A stretch of DNA of 64,000 nucleotides from Alphaproteobacteria bacterium (GTDB taxonomy: Bacteria; Pseudomonadota; Alphaproteobacteria; UBA7985; JAUIBT01): contig JAUIBT010000004.1 of the NCBI GenBank assembly GCA_030428255.1, positions 66,604 to 130,603 of the forward strand. Reading direction: 5' to 3'. The first letter of the stretch is position 1; each line of letters starts with the position of its first letter. The translations under genes and the position numbers were made by a program. Of the stretch, positions 20,735 through 31,268 are shown piece after piece. Below the pieces are notes generated by a model. That model saw only the letters and a program-made list of their open reading frames with translations. It was not told where the DNA came from and made no database searches.

Positions 20735-22240
20735 ATGCCCGCATTTGTTTCCGCCCTTCTGCACCCGCTGAAACCACTGGTTCTGCTGGGTCGCGCGGGC
20801 CTCTTCGGCCTAGGCCTGTTGGCCGCCACTCAAGCCACAGCACAGACCACCGCCAGCCCAGTCGCCGTGGTTTGCCAGACTGCGGTGGCCAATCCCGACG
20901 CCATCATGCTGGAGCTGATGGCTAATGAAGCCCAAGACCTGGAGGCGCGCCTTGCCGCCGGTGACGCGGAGCTGGCCTGCGTGCTGCAACACCTCATCAG
21001 CCTCAAGGGTTATCCGCTGAGCATTGACGGCGACTTCGGTCCACAGTCGCGCCGGGCGCTGGCCTCCTTCAAGGCCGTTCATTGTAACGACGGCGACCCC
21101 AACGAGCGCCTCAACCGCGCCGCCTTGTCCTGCCTGATTGATGACAGCAAGCCCCTTCCCCTGGCCTTTATTGGCGCGACGCTTCCACCGGCTGACACGG
21201 TGCCCAACTCCAACCCCCTCAGCCTGCCCAGCCTACCCAGCTTGGGTACGACAGCGCCCAATACGACAGTGCCCAGTACGACAGCGCCCAGTACGACCGC
21301 CGCCACTGCAGACGCCCAAAGCGCCACCGCTCTTCCGGACCCGCTCACCACCCCGCTGCCAGGCCCCAAGCCGAGCCTGGCTGCAAACACTGCCGTTGCG
21401 GTCAGCACCACCCACCTGCGCCGCAGCTCGCAAGTCACCGGCCAGCCCTGCCGCGATCCGGCCAGTTCAAGCGACAGCGACATCCGGGCCAATCTGCCGG
21501 TTTTTGCCGCCTCGCCGCTCTGCTACTCTGTGGTGACGGTCGAAGAGGCCGGACGGCGTTGGCTGGTACAAGTTATTGAAAATTATGAGAATGTAAGAAG
21601 CTGGGCTTGGCTGGCTCCGCACGATAACGAGGATGCGGCCCAGAACGGTGGCATTTGGGCGGTCGCAAAGTACGGCGGTTTCCTGATCACCTTCGAGACC
21701 GGCAATCAGCGCATTTTCCAAGGCCAAGACGCCAATCGCATCTTCGGCATCACAGCTCAGGACGTCGCCACCTGCTCGCAATTGAGCGCGCCACACCCCA
21801 AGTTGACTGCGCTGATCGACGGCTATTTCCGCTTATCACCGCGCCCCTACTTGTCTTTGCACAGCAACGATAATGGCTATTCAGGTAACGGCGGCAGGGG
21901 CACCATTTCCGTGCTGCGCCGATCCAGCGTTCTGCAAGGTCATCCGTCAAAGACCGCGGCGGGAAAACTGGCGGATGATGAAGACAACCTGATCATGACC
22001 GCGGGAACCCTGGGCTTTGAGTCCGATCCCAAGGCTCTGCACTTCGCCAGCGCTATGACCCATCAGGGCGTTCACGTCATCTATGAGGCGGTCTCACCAG
22101 CCAAGAACGATTGCTCGTTTTCAAACTTCGTCAAGTTGAACCGCCAGGCGGACTACTATACCGTTGAGGTCGAGCACGGCAAAACCCAGCGCATGCGCGA
22201 TCTGATCGCGATATTGTTGGCCTATCTGGGCCAGCGGTGA
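20735..22240 (+). CDS. secreted protein with peptidoglycan-binding domain (PG_binding_1-like), Thr/Pro-rich linker and uncharacterised ~270-aa C-terminal domain
   Basis: Signal peptide MPAFVSALLHPLKPLVLLGRAGLFGLGLLAATQATAQ; LKGYPLSIDGDFGPQSRRALASFKA PG-binding motif; start chosen at internal ATG 20735 (track ORF begins 20711). Confidence 0.65.
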   Translation: MPAFVSALLHPLKPLVLLGRAGLFGLGLLAATQATAQTTASPVAVVCQTAVANPDAIMLELMANEAQDLEARLAAGDAELACVLQHLISLKGYPLSIDGDFGPQSRRALASFKAVHCNDGDPNERLNRAALSCLIDDSKPLPLAFIGATLPPADTVPNSNPLSLPSLPSLGTTAPNTTVPSTTAPSTTAATADAQSATALPDPLTTPLPGPKPSLAANTAVAVSTTHLRRSSQVTGQPCRDPASSSDSDIRANLPVFAASPLCYSVVTVEEAGRRWLVQVIENYENVRSWAWLAPHDNEDAAQNGGIWAVAKYGGFLITFETGNQRIFQGQDANRIFGITAQDVATCSQLSAPHPKLTALIDGYFRLSPRPYLSLHSNDNGYSGNGGRGTISVLRRSSVLQGHPSKTAAGKLADDEDNLIMTAGTLGFESDPKALHFASAMTHQGVHVIYEAVSPAKNDCSFSNFVKLNRQADYYTVEVEHGKTQRMRDLIAILLAYLGQR

Positions 22241-22304
22241 AGAGCAAAGTCAAAGCCACGGCTCGCCACCTCGCCACCAGTCCCCTTTGCCGAAAACGGA
22301 CAGC

Positions 22305-22868
22305 TCAGGCGTCGCAAACGCGGGCGAACATCAAAACATCACGCGGTGCGTCGTCAAGTTCGGGCTGCAGATAGAAGCGCCGCAATCGTCCTTCGAACTG
22401 CAAGCCTGCGCGCTCCAGCAATGACCGCGAGGCGGCATTATCAACATCGCAAAAGGCTTCAACGCGCCAGATCTGCGGCTGCGCCAACCCCCATGCGCTC
22501 CAGAACCGCAACGCCTCTAGGCCATAGCCTTGCCGCCAGACCCCGCGCGCGTAGGCAAAGCCTAGGTTCAAACGCGTGCCTTGTTGTTTGATGTGAAAGT
22601 TGCCGATCAAGCGATCCGGGTCATCAAGCGCTGACACCAGGTAGGAAGAGGCCTTCCCCTGGTCCCAATCCGTCACCAAGCGTTGCCAATGGGCTGCGGC
22701 TTGGCGGAGTTCTTGATGGGCTTTAAAGCCGCAAAAGCGCGCCACCAAGGGGTCTGAACTCCAAGCGAACAGCTCGCCTAGGTGTTGGGCATTCGGCTTG
22801 GTCCAAGGGCGTTGAAATCGCAAGCGGGCGCTGTCGATTTGCTCCGGCCATACCAGCGCACTCGACAT
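22305..22868 (-). CDS. GNAT-family N-acetyltransferase
   Basis: C-terminal acetyl-CoA-binding block QGYGLEALRFW...WRVEAFCDVDNAASRSLLERAGLQFEGRLR; start chosen at MSSALVWPE (ATG 22866-22868), 4 bp after upstream gene. Confidence 0.75.
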   Translation of the reverse strand: MSSALVWPEQIDSARLRFQRPWTKPNAQHLGELFAWSSDPLVARFCGFKAHQELRQAAAHWQRLVTDWDQGKASSYLVSALDDPDRLIGNFHIKQQGTRLNLGFAYARGVWRQGYGLEALRFWSAWGLAQPQIWRVEAFCDVDNAASRSLLERAGLQFEGRLRRFYLQPELDDAPRDVLMFARVCDA

Positions 22869-22872
22869 GGCC

Positions 22873-23481
22873 TTAGCCGATCTGACGCAGGTAGATGGCC
22901 AGGTCTTGGTATTGCTCGACGACATAAAAATCCAAGGCGACCAAGCCCAGAACAATGATAATCGCAACCTTCAGATGGCCGTTGAAGATGCGATATAGTG
23001 CATTGGCCAACACCACGATGATATAGAAGAACAGCAGGAGGCTCAGGAACGCGCCGGCATCCTCGCCGATGACAGGCGACAGCAGCAGCAAAGGCAGCAG
23101 GATCAAGATTTGCAGCGCGCCCAGCCAGTTTAGGACCGACAAGACCGCTGCCAAGGCGGCCCGGCGCAAAGGCGGAGCAACCGCGACGCGCATAACCAAC
23201 ATGACGAACCAGACATCAACCGCCCAGTCAAAGCCGTAGGTCGTCAGCCAGCCCAGCAGCACCACCAAACCCTGCGACGAGCCGGCTTGCTGTAGACCAA
23301 TACTGGCGCCCAACAGATCGCTGTAGAGATAGGCGACGACCGGCAGTTGGTAGACCGCCAGCCAGAAGGAACGCAAGGCCCCCGCCGGGCTGGTATCAAT
23401 CCAGCGGAAGCCCTGAGCATCCCAGCGGCACAACAAGTAAGCGCCATAGAGGCTGGCGCGCAGCTCGGCCCAGGAGATCAC
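22873..23481 (-). CDS. hypothetical integral membrane protein (~5 TM; Yip1-like?)
   Basis: Hydrophobic segments throughout; overlaps dapE stop by 4 bp and precedes GNAT gene, suggesting a dapE-membrane-GNAT operon. Confidence 0.55.
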   Translation of the reverse strand: MISWAELRASLYGAYLLCRWDAQGFRWIDTSPAGALRSFWLAVYQLPVVAYLYSDLLGASIGLQQAGSSQGLVVLLGWLTTYGFDWAVDVWFVMLVMRVAVAPPLRRAALAAVLSVLNWLGALQILILLPLLLLSPVIGEDAGAFLSLLLFFYIIVVLANALYRIFNGHLKVAIIIVLGLVALDFYVVEQYQDLAIYLRQIG

Positions 23482-24650
23482 GCGCTGACCCCAAAATAGT
23501 CGGCCAACAAGCGTTGGAATACCTGGGTCAGGGGCTCCAGATCGCTGATGGTCACGAATTCATCGACCTGGTGCATCGAGCTGCCGACCGCACCGAACTC
23601 GGCCACAGGGCACATGTCTTTGATAAAGCGGGCGTCCGAGGTGCCGCCGTTGGTCTGATAGGCGGGCCGCCTGCCGGTCACCGCCTCGACCGCTTTGGCG
23701 ATGGCCGCGCCCAGCGCATCGGGAGCGAAGACAAAGGATTCGCCCGAGGAGCGGAAGCTCAAGCTGTAGTCGTCATAGACCGCATCCAGGCGGCGACGGA
23801 TCTCGGCTTCCAGACTGGCTGCGTTCCAAATATCGTTGTAGCGCACGTTGAAGGTCAAACGGCCCTCGGCGGGAATGACATTGCTGGCCGGGTTGCCAAC
23901 GTCGATGCTCACCACCTGGAGGCTGGTGGCCTGAAAATGGTCGTTGCCCTGGTCAAAAGGGGTGTCGCTCAGCGCCAGGCCCATGCGCATCAAGGGGTGC
24001 AATGGATTGCGCGCCCGGTCCGGGTAAGCGGCGTGGCCTTGGATTCCGCGCACGCTCAGGTGCCCGGTTGCCGATCCACGGCGGCCAATTTTGATGGTAT
24101 CGCCCAAGGCCTCAACACAGGAAGGTTCGGCCACCAGGCAGTGATCAGCCTGCTCGCCCTGGGCGCGCATCCAGTCCAAAATAGCGGTAGTGCCCGCCAG
24201 CGCCTCGCCCTCTTCGTCGCCGGTGATGAGGAAAGCGATGGAGCCCGGCAGGTCGGGGTGTTGTTCAACCAAGCGCCCAACAGCCGCCATGAAAGCCGCC
24301 ACGCCCGATTTCATGTCGATGGCCCCGCGTCCCACCAGCTTGTCGCCGACGATGCTGCCCGCAAAGGGCGGGTGGCTCCAGGCCGCTTCGTCGCCCACAG
24401 GCACAACGTCGGTGTGTCCAGCAAAGGCGAACAGCGGCGCGCAGCTGCCCCACCGACAATAAAGATTGTCCACGCCATAGCTGGGACTGGCGGCCGGAAT
24501 GCGCGTACAGACAAAACCCCGCGCCTCAGCCCAGGCCTGGATCAAATCCAAGCTGTCGCCCGGATCGGGCGTCACTGACGGGCAGCGTACCAGGGCCTGG
24601 GTCAACAGGACGGGATCGTTAGAGCGCAAAACGGCGTCATCAATGCTCAT
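23478..24650 (-). CDS. dapE: succinyl-diaminopimelate desuccinylase (M20 peptidase)
   Basis: MSIDDAVLRSNDPVLLTQALVRCPSVTP...FAFAGHTDVVPVGDEAAWSHPPF...GRGAIDMKSGVAAF typical DapE blocks. Confidence 0.9.
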   Translation of the reverse strand: MSIDDAVLRSNDPVLLTQALVRCPSVTPDPGDSLDLIQAWAEARGFVCTRIPAASPSYGVDNLYCRWGSCAPLFAFAGHTDVVPVGDEAAWSHPPFAGSIVGDKLVGRGAIDMKSGVAAFMAAVGRLVEQHPDLPGSIAFLITGDEEGEALAGTTAILDWMRAQGEQADHCLVAEPSCVEALGDTIKIGRRGSATGHLSVRGIQGHAAYPDRARNPLHPLMRMGLALSDTPFDQGNDHFQATSLQVVSIDVGNPASNVIPAEGRLTFNVRYNDIWNAASLEAEIRRRLDAVYDDYSLSFRSSGESFVFAPDALGAAIAKAVEAVTGRRPAYQTNGGTSDARFIKDMCPVAEFGAVGSSMHQVDEFVTISDLEPLTQVFQRLLADYFGVSA

Positions 24651-24879
24651 AGGTCACCTTGGTGGCTTGCGTGTTGAGGGGTCTCCGCCCCAAGAGGCTA
24701 GGGTGGGTAAGGGCCCCTCAGGGAGGTGGCGAGATAAGAAAGAGGGACCGAAGCGCGCGCTGCGGTCCCCGTGATTTCTATCGGAACGCTGCTGGTGGCA
24801 GCGATCACAGTTGCGTCAGATCAAGCCCCTGCCCCGCTTGGCGAGTTGCGGCGCGGCGTTACAGGGTGCGACTCCAGCC

Positions 24880-25743
24880 CTAATCGCGCAGCAAGTCGTT
24901 GATCGAGGTCTTAGCGCGGGTCTGCTCGTCCACGCGCTTAACGATAACCGCGCAGTAGAGCGACGGACCCGGCTCACCGTTTTCCATCGGTTTGCCCGGC
25001 AAAGAGCCTGAAACCACGACAGAATAGGCAGGCACGCGGCCCATGAAAACCTCGCCGGTCTTGCGGTCAACAATCTTGGTCGAGGCCCCGATGAAGACGC
25101 CCATGGAAATAACCGAGCCTTCTTCGACCTTGACGCCTTCGACCACTTCCGAACGCGCGCCGATGAAGCAGTTATCCTCGATGATAACCGGGCCCGCTTG
25201 CAGGGGCTCCAGCACGCCGCCAATGCCCGCGCCGCCGGAGATGTGGACGTTCTTGCCAATCTGCGCACAAGAGCCCACGGTTGCCCAGGTATCCACCATC
25301 GTGCCGCTGTCAACGAAGGCGCCCAGGTTGACGAAAGAAGGCATGAGCACCACACCGGGCGCAATGTGAGCCGATCGGCGCACGATACAGTTGGGCACCG
25401 CGCGGAAGCCCGCAGCCTGGAAGTCCTCACGGCCCCAGCCTTCGAACTTGGACGGCACCTTATCCCACCATGGCGTGTTGGCGTTGCCGAACGCCGGCCC
25501 GCCGTTCATCAGGTCCATGTCGTTGAGGCGGAAGGACAGCAGCACGGCCTTTTTGGCCCACTGGTTGACCTGCCAGCCGTCGGCGCCCTTTTCGGCAACC
25601 CGCAGCTCACCGCGGTCCAAAGCCATGAGCGTCGCCTCGACGGCATCGCGAACCTCACCTTGGGTGCCGGTGTTGATAGTGTTGCGGTCTTCAAAGGCTT
25701 GATTGATGAGGGCTTCAAGGCCGGCGCGCTGAGCAGTATCCAT
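24880..25743 (-). CDS. dapD: 2,3,4,5-tetrahydropyridine-2,6-dicarboxylate N-succinyltransferase
   Basis: Hexapeptide-repeat region and conserved DapD N- and C-terminal blocks ([20 protein letters not shown]...[18 protein letters not shown]). Confidence 0.92.
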   Translation of the reverse strand: MDTAQRAGLEALINQAFEDRNTINTGTQGEVRDAVEATLMALDRGELRVAEKGADGWQVNQWAKKAVLLSFRLNDMDLMNGGPAFGNANTPWWDKVPSKFEGWGREDFQAAGFRAVPNCIVRRSAHIAPGVVLMPSFVNLGAFVDSGTMVDTWATVGSCAQIGKNVHISGGAGIGGVLEPLQAGPVIIEDNCFIGARSEVVEGVKVEEGSVISMGVFIGASTKIVDRKTGEVFMGRVPAYSVVVSGSLPGKPMENGEPGPSLYCAVIVKRVDEQTRAKTSINDLLRD

Positions 25744-26032
25744 GGGTGCGGGGCTCCATTCCTAATTTGCAACGCCCAGCGGTCACATTGGCGGCCCGCC
25801 TGGGTCATTTGGGGTCTAAGCTGACACTTGAAGTAGCGGGAAGCGGAGTGGTGGTCAACACAAGGCGAAGTCTCTGCGCAAGGAAGCCGGATTAGAGTAT
25901 GCTGCCGGTTGGCCATGCGTCGCCCTCATGCAGGCGGCGCAAACGATCCCGCTGACCGGCATCGGTCGCAGGCCAAGCTGTCTTCTGCCGGTCCGACCCG
26001 CCCCTCTATCCCGTCTTGCCTCAAGGTCCATC

Positions 26033-29000
26033 ATGATACGAGCCCTGCGCCACAATCCCCTTTTGAGCATCGGGCTCTTGGCCCTGACTCTGGTCATTGG
26101 CCTGTTGGTGGCCGCCTATATGCGCCTGCACGACGAGACCCAGCGGCTGGAGACCCTGCGCGATCACTCCAACCTGGCGACGCTGTATCAAATCCAATCC
26201 AACGTGCAGCAGCTTGAACACCTGGTCGAGCTGCGGGGTGCCAAGGACGATCCTTTGGTCAATCTGCGCCTACACGACGCCTATGAAGCCCTGTGGGGCA
26301 ATCTGCGCAAGATCTTGAGCCCCGATCTGTCGCCCGAGCTGCGCCCCTTGCCCGGCTCGGTGGTGGTGTACGAAAAGATGCGCGCGGTGCTGGAGAGCGG
26401 CGAGCCGCTGATTCGCACCCTGGCGACACCGGGCCAAGCTTCGATCGAGCTGACCCCGCAGGAGTGGGACCAATTGGAAGCCTGGCGTTCGGACATGTCA
26501 GCGCTGGGCGCGCGCGCCTCGACCTATCCGCTGGACACTGAGGCAGCGCAGAACATGCAGTTGCAGGAGGCGCGGCGGCGGCTCAGCGAAGCCAAGCTGC
26601 AAATCGTGCTGTATTTTGCTGGCGTCATCGTGTTGGGCACGCTGCTGCTGGTCTTTTTGTGGCGTCAGGTGCGCCGCGCCAGCAAGTCCGAAAACCGCTT
26701 GGCCGCAGCCATCGCCACCATGCCGTCAGGCTTTGCGCTATTCGATGCCAAGGGTCGCCTAACCCTGCATAATGCCGCCTACACCCAGTTGTTTGGTGAG
26801 GCCCCGGATCTGGCCGACAGCCAAAACCACATTCCCAAGGTCGCAGGCCAGCTTGAACATGGCCGTGCTCAGGAGGTCGAGCTGGACGACGGGCGCTGGA
26901 TTCGCCTCATTGATCACAAGAACGAAGATCAATCTTGCATCTTGCTGGCCAGCGATATCAGCCACGCCAAGACCCGCGAAGCCGAGCTTGAGACCAGCCG
27001 CCAACGCTTCGAGCGCCTGGCTGATGCCTCGTTTGAAGGCACCGCCGTGCTACAGGGCGGGCTGATCGCCTCGGCCAATGCACGCATGAGCGAGTTGTTC
27101 GACTATGACACTCAAACCTTGGTCGGCATGGACGCCCGCCTGCTGGCCGAGCCGAGCGAGCGCCAGCGCTGGCAGAGGCTGCTTGAGGCCGAAGAGAGCA
27201 AGGACGATCCAACCGGCGCGGTGCTGGATCTGCGCTGCGTGCGTGCGGATGGCAGCGCCTTTGACGCCGAGGTGTCGTTGCGCCGCCTAGCCGACGGCAA
27301 AACCCGCGTTGTCGCCCTGCGTGATGTATCAAAGGTCCGCGCCCAAGAAGCTGAGCTGCGTCAAGCCATCGAACAAGCCGAAGCCGGCAACCGTGCTAAG
27401 GGCGAGTTCCTGGCCACCATGAGCCACGAAATTCGCACGCCCATGAACGGCGTGGTTGGCATGTCCGAGATGTTGTTGGAAACCCCGCTAGACCCACGGC
27501 AAAGCAAGTACGCCTCGACCTTGCGCGACAGCGCCAAGTCCTTGTTGGTGGTGCTGAACGACGTGCTGGACTTCTCAAAGCTGGATGCAGGCGAATACCA
27601 ACTGGAAGAGCTGAGCGTTGACCTGCCGCAGCTTGTCCACTCGGTGGTCGATCTCTATGAGGCCGCCGCGCGCGATAAGGGCCTTGAGCTGCGCGCCGTC
27701 ATCGCGGAGGGCGTGCCGGAGGTGCTGCGCTGCGATCCCTCGCGCTTGCGCCAGGTCTTGTTTAACCTGGTTTCGAACGCCATTAAGTTCACCCACGAGG
27801 GCAGCGTTACCATCCACCTGAGCGCCAAGGCCAGCGATCCCACCCGTGGCCCGCAGCTCAAGTTTGAGGTCCGCGATACGGGTATCGGCATCGACGACCA
27901 TAACCAAGACGAGTTGTTCAATCCTTTCAAGCAAGCCGACAGCCGCGTGTCGCGCGAATACGGTGGCACCGGCCTGGGACTGGCGGTCTCGAAGCGTCTG
28001 GTTGAGCTTATGGGTGGCTCCATCGGCATGGTCTCCAAGCTGGGCCTGGGCTCGACCTTCTGGTTCTGCCTGCCCGCAAAAATCGGCGACGCGGACGCCC
28101 TGGTCGATGTGGCCAACTACCAAGGTCCGCTACCGGCCTCCCTGTCACCGGCCTGGCAGGAGCTGAACAGCGCGCAACGCCAAGACTGGTTGCAAGCCAA
28201 TCAGCATCGGCGCGTTCAGCGCAATGTCGGCAAGCAAGTCCAAGAGGGCAAGGCCGCCGGTGACGAGACCGAGCCGCTGGGCCGCCTGCTGCTGGTCGAG
28301 GACAGCAAGACCAACCAAGACGTGGTGCTGGCCATGCTAGACGGCCAGTCCTACGAAATTGATATCGCCAGCGACGGTGAAATGGCGGTGCGGCAAGCCA
28401 GCGAGATCGACTATGATCTGATTTTGATGGATGTTTCCATGCCGGTGATGGACGGCCTCAGCGCGACCCGCCTCATTCGCGACAGCGGCGGCGCCTCGGC
28501 CGAAAGCCCCATCGTCGCCTTGACCGCCAACGCGCGCGAGGATGATCGCAATGCCTGCCTGGACGCTGGCATGGATGATTTTATCACCAAGCCGCTGAAC
28601 AAAGCGATTTTGCTGGAAACGCTGGCCACTTGGGTCAGTCACCGCGCCTCTATGGAAAGCCTTGACCAAGCCGGAGCGGACCAACAGCAAGACGGCGCGC
28701 AAGCCAGCGACGCCAAATCGCAAGGCGAGGCGATGAACGGCTTTGATCCCTTGGGGCATCTCAAGCTGGAGGACGCCGAGCTTCTGAGCGAAGACATGCT
28801 GGGTCAGCTTAAGTCCGATGTCGGAGAGGCCACCGCGCGCAAGTTGCTGGCGGGATTCTTTGACGAGCTTAACGGTAAGGTCAGCGATTTGCGCGACGCC
28901 TTAGACGACAGCGACATGGCACGCCTGCGCCACATCTGCCATTCCATTAAGGGCAGTGCGGCCACCTATGGCGCCCTGCGCCTATCACTCAGTGCCAAGG

Positions 29001-29110
29001 CCGCCGAACAAGCGGCCGATTCCGAGCAGCTCGATGCTGCCCGCGCGGCGGCGCGCAGCACGCTCGACCTGGTGCCCGATACCCAGCAAGCCTTCGCGGC
29101 GGAGTTTTAG
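26033..29110 (+). CDS. hybrid sensor histidine kinase/response regulator with PAS domains, HisKA, HATPase_c, REC and C-terminal Hpt
   Basis: TM helix [22 protein letters not shown]-box [24 protein letters not shown]-box [13 protein letters not shown]; receiver [11 protein letters not shown]...[14 protein letters not shown]...KP; Hpt [14 protein letters not shown]; start chosen at MIRAL (26033), track ORF starts 25928. Confidence 0.9.
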   Translation: MIRALRHNPLLSIGLLALTLVIGLLVAAYMRLHDETQRLETLRDHSNLATLYQIQSNVQQLEHLVELRGAKDDPLVNLRLHDAYEALWGNLRKILSPDLSPELRPLPGSVVVYEKMRAVLESGEPLIRTLATPGQASIELTPQEWDQLEAWRSDMSALGARASTYPLDTEAAQNMQLQEARRRLSEAKLQIVLYFAGVIVLGTLLLVFLWRQVRRASKSENRLAAAIATMPSGFALFDAKGRLTLHNAAYTQLFGEAPDLADSQNHIPKVAGQLEHGRAQEVELDDGRWIRLIDHKNEDQSCILLASDISHAKTREAELETSRQRFERLADASFEGTAVLQGGLIASANARMSELFDYDTQTLVGMDARLLAEPSERQRWQRLLEAEESKDDPTGAVLDLRCVRADGSAFDAEVSLRRLADGKTRVVALRDVSKVRAQEAELRQAIEQAEAGNRAKGEFLATMSHEIRTPMNGVVGMSEMLLETPLDPRQSKYASTLRDSAKSLLVVLNDVLDFSKLDAGEYQLEELSVDLPQLVHSVVDLYEAAARDKGLELRAVIAEGVPEVLRCDPSRLRQVLFNLVSNAIKFTHEGSVTIHLSAKASDPTRGPQLKFEVRDTGIGIDDHNQDELFNPFKQADSRVSREYGGTGLGLAVSKRLVELMGGSIGMVSKLGLGSTFWFCLPAKIGDADALVDVANYQGPLPASLSPAWQELNSAQRQDWLQANQHRRVQRNVGKQVQEGKAAGDETEPLGRLLLVEDSKTNQDVVLAMLDGQSYEIDIASDGEMAVRQASEIDYDLILMDVSMPVMDGLSATRLIRDSGGASAESPIVALTANAREDDRNACLDAGMDDFITKPLNKAILLETLATWVSHRASMESLDQAGADQQQDGAQASDAKSQGEAMNGFDPLGHLKLEDAELLSEDMLGQLKSDVGEATARKLLAGFFDELNGKVSDLRDALDDSDMARLRHICHSIKGSAATYGALRLSLSAKAAEQAADSEQLDAARAAARSTLDLVPDTQQAFAAEF

Positions 29111-29209
29111 GACCAAGGCCGGCGGCTGCCGACGGTGCGAAACTTTGGTTCGACGTGTTTTGCAACCCCCGATTAGACAGCCCTGCGGTCCCTTCGGCGC
29201 GATGCTGGG

Positions 29210-30145
29210 TTAGACCGTGTCCAAAGGCTGCAAGCTGGTCTCCAACTCGGGCCGCAAATGCGCGTGCTGGCTCGGCAGTTTGAGCTGGCTGCCCAGCGCG
29301 CTCAGGTCTTCGTCACGGTCAAAGCCGGGTTCGTTGGTGGCGATCTCAAACAAGATCCCGCCGGGCGTGCGGAAATAGATCGCCCAAAAATAATCGCGAT
29401 CAATCGGCTTGGTCACCGCTTGGCCTTCGTCGATGAGAGCTTGGCGGATGCGGTCCTGAGCGGCTCTGTCGGCCACGGCAAAAGCGATGTGGTGCACCGA
29501 ACCCGCGCCTGATCCCGCCTTATCCAAACCTGCCTGCTGCTCCAGGTCGATGTGATCTGCGCCGTTGCCATCGGGAACATGGAAGCGCTGACGGCCATCG
29601 CGGGTCTCCAGCGGTTCGTAGCCCATAAAGGTCAGCAGCTCGCGTGTCGGCCCAATGTCCGCCAGGCGCAAGCTGGCACCGGCAAAGCCCTTGATCGCAA
29701 GCTCGGGCTCCAAGCTGTCGTTGTGATAGCCCGCCCGCGTATCGCCCTCGCGCTCGATCAGCAAAAAGCGGTCGCCGTCAGGCGCGGCAAAAGCCAAGGC
29801 ACGCTGGCCAAACACCTCTTCGATCGCGGTCGGCTGCGCGCCATGCTGAGCCAGGCGGGCCTGCCAAGCGGGCAAGGTGCCCGGATTGACACTGAAGTGG
29901 GTCACGCCAACCTCACCCGTGCCGCGCTGGCCTTGTGCCAGACCCGGAAAGGGGAAATAGGTCATGACTGTGCCCGGCTCGCCGCGCTGGTTGCCGTAGT
30001 AGAGGTGGTAAACGCTGGGGTTGTCGAAGTTGACAGTCTGCTTGACGCGTCGCTGCCCCAGCGCACCAGTGAAAAAGCGGTCATAGGTCACCGCGTCAGA
30101 TGCCAGGGAAGTGACGTGGTGCAAACCTTTGATCATGCGGTCCAT
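29210..30145 (-). CDS. VOC-family ring-cleaving dioxygenase (glyoxalase/extradiol dioxygenase fold, two-domain)
   Basis: IKGLHHVTSLASDAVTYDRFFTGALG N-terminal VOC motif and second VOC module (HHIAFAVAD). Confidence 0.75.
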   Translation of the reverse strand: MDRMIKGLHHVTSLASDAVTYDRFFTGALGQRRVKQTVNFDNPSVYHLYYGNQRGEPGTVMTYFPFPGLAQGQRGTGEVGVTHFSVNPGTLPAWQARLAQHGAQPTAIEEVFGQRALAFAAPDGDRFLLIEREGDTRAGYHNDSLEPELAIKGFAGASLRLADIGPTRELLTFMGYEPLETRDGRQRFHVPDGNGADHIDLEQQAGLDKAGSGAGSVHHIAFAVADRAAQDRIRQALIDEGQAVTKPIDRDYFWAIYFRTPGGILFEIATNEPGFDRDEDLSALGSQLKLPSQHAHLRPELETSLQPLDTV

Positions 30146-30353
30146 GGGATGTGCCTCTGTTTATTGCCTATCACCAAGGTAATGCAGACAGGGGTCGCAA
30201 TCTAGAGGCCAGCGCGAAACCTATTGTGCGGAATATGGAAACAATCGCGCGCTCCGAGCGCCGCGCCGCAGTGACCGCTCTCAGCCATGATAGGGCGCTG
30301 AGACACACAGCGAATCACAGCGAAGCACGGCATGAAGCGGCCTGGCTTCGGTG

Positions 30354-31268
30354 TCAGTCTTGTTCGGCCGCCTGCAACGCCTGCCACTCATAATCCAGGC
30401 CCTCGCGATAGGTGGGAAAGCGCAGCTCATAGCCCAGCGCGCGCTTGAGTTTGCTGCTATCGACCCGCTTGTTGTCGGCGTAAAAGCTGCGTGCCATAGG
30501 GCTCAAGTCCGCCTCCTCGAAGGCCAGCAGCGGCGGCGGCGCGACCCCCATCAGCTCGGCGGCGTAGACGATCACCTCACCCGGCGGGCAAGAGAAGCTG
30601 TCACACACATTGTAGACCTCGACCTGGCCCGGTGCAGCGGCGGGGTGCCTCAGCGAGGCCGCCAGCGCCCCCGCGATGTCCTCGACGTGGATGCGGCTGA
30701 AGACCTGGCCCGGCTTGTCCAAGCGCCGCGCTTTGCCGCTGCGCAAGCTGTGCAGCGCCGATCGACCGGGGCCATAGATACCCGCCAGCCGGAAGATATG
30801 CAGCGGCAGCCCCAGCGCGCTCCAGCCCGCTTCGAAGGCCAGACGGCGCAAACCGCGTTCGGTGGTGGCCTTGGTAGCGCTGGTCTCGTCCACCTTGGCC
30901 CCGTGCCAGTCGCCATAGACCACCGTGGTCGAAAGATAGCCCGCCCAGCGCAAACCAGCGAGCGCTTGGGGTCGGTCTGTCAGCAGGCCGCGCACGGCCT
31001 CAAGTGCTGCGTCGCCCTGGGCGTCGCCGGGCACGCTCGACAGCATCGCGTCAGCGCCACAAAGCCAAGCTATGGCCTCTTGGGGCAAGGGCGTGCTGCC
31101 GTCATAAACGAAGGTGGTCAGGCCTTGCGCGGCCAAAGCCTCGGCCTTGTCAGCGCTGCGCACCGTGCCCGCCACCTGCCAGCCCTCGGCCTGCAAACGC
31201 CGCGCCAGCACCTGAACGCTGTAGCCAAGGCCGAAACAGAACAAACGTGGAGCCGTCATGCGCGTCAC
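30354..31268 (-). CDS. NAD(P)-binding SDR-family protein (NAD-dependent epimerase/dehydratase-like)
   Basis: Rossmann motif FCFGLGYSVQVLARRL near N-terminus; 304 aa. Confidence 0.75.
   Translation of the reverse strand: MTRMTAPRLFCFGLGYSVQVLARRLQAEGWQVAGTVRSADKAEALAAQGLTTFVYDGSTPLPQEAIAWLCGADAMLSSVPGDAQGDAALEAVRGLLTDRPQALAGLRWAGYLSTTVVYGDWHGAKVDETSATKATTERGLRRLAFEAGWSALGLPLHIFRLAGIYGPGRSALHSLRSGKARRLDKPGQVFSRIHVEDIAGALAASLRHPAAAPGQVEVYNVCDSFSCPPGEVIVYAAELMGVAPPPLLAFEEADLSPMARSFYADNKRVDSSKLKRALGYELRFPTYREGLDYEWQALQAAEQD

Noticed and set aside
24660-24879. 230-bp dapD-dapE spacer with a short plus-strand ORF (24659-24883)
   Set aside because: No RBS, no conserved motif, and the composition is consistent with a non-coding spacer. 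Nothing more specific could be supported.
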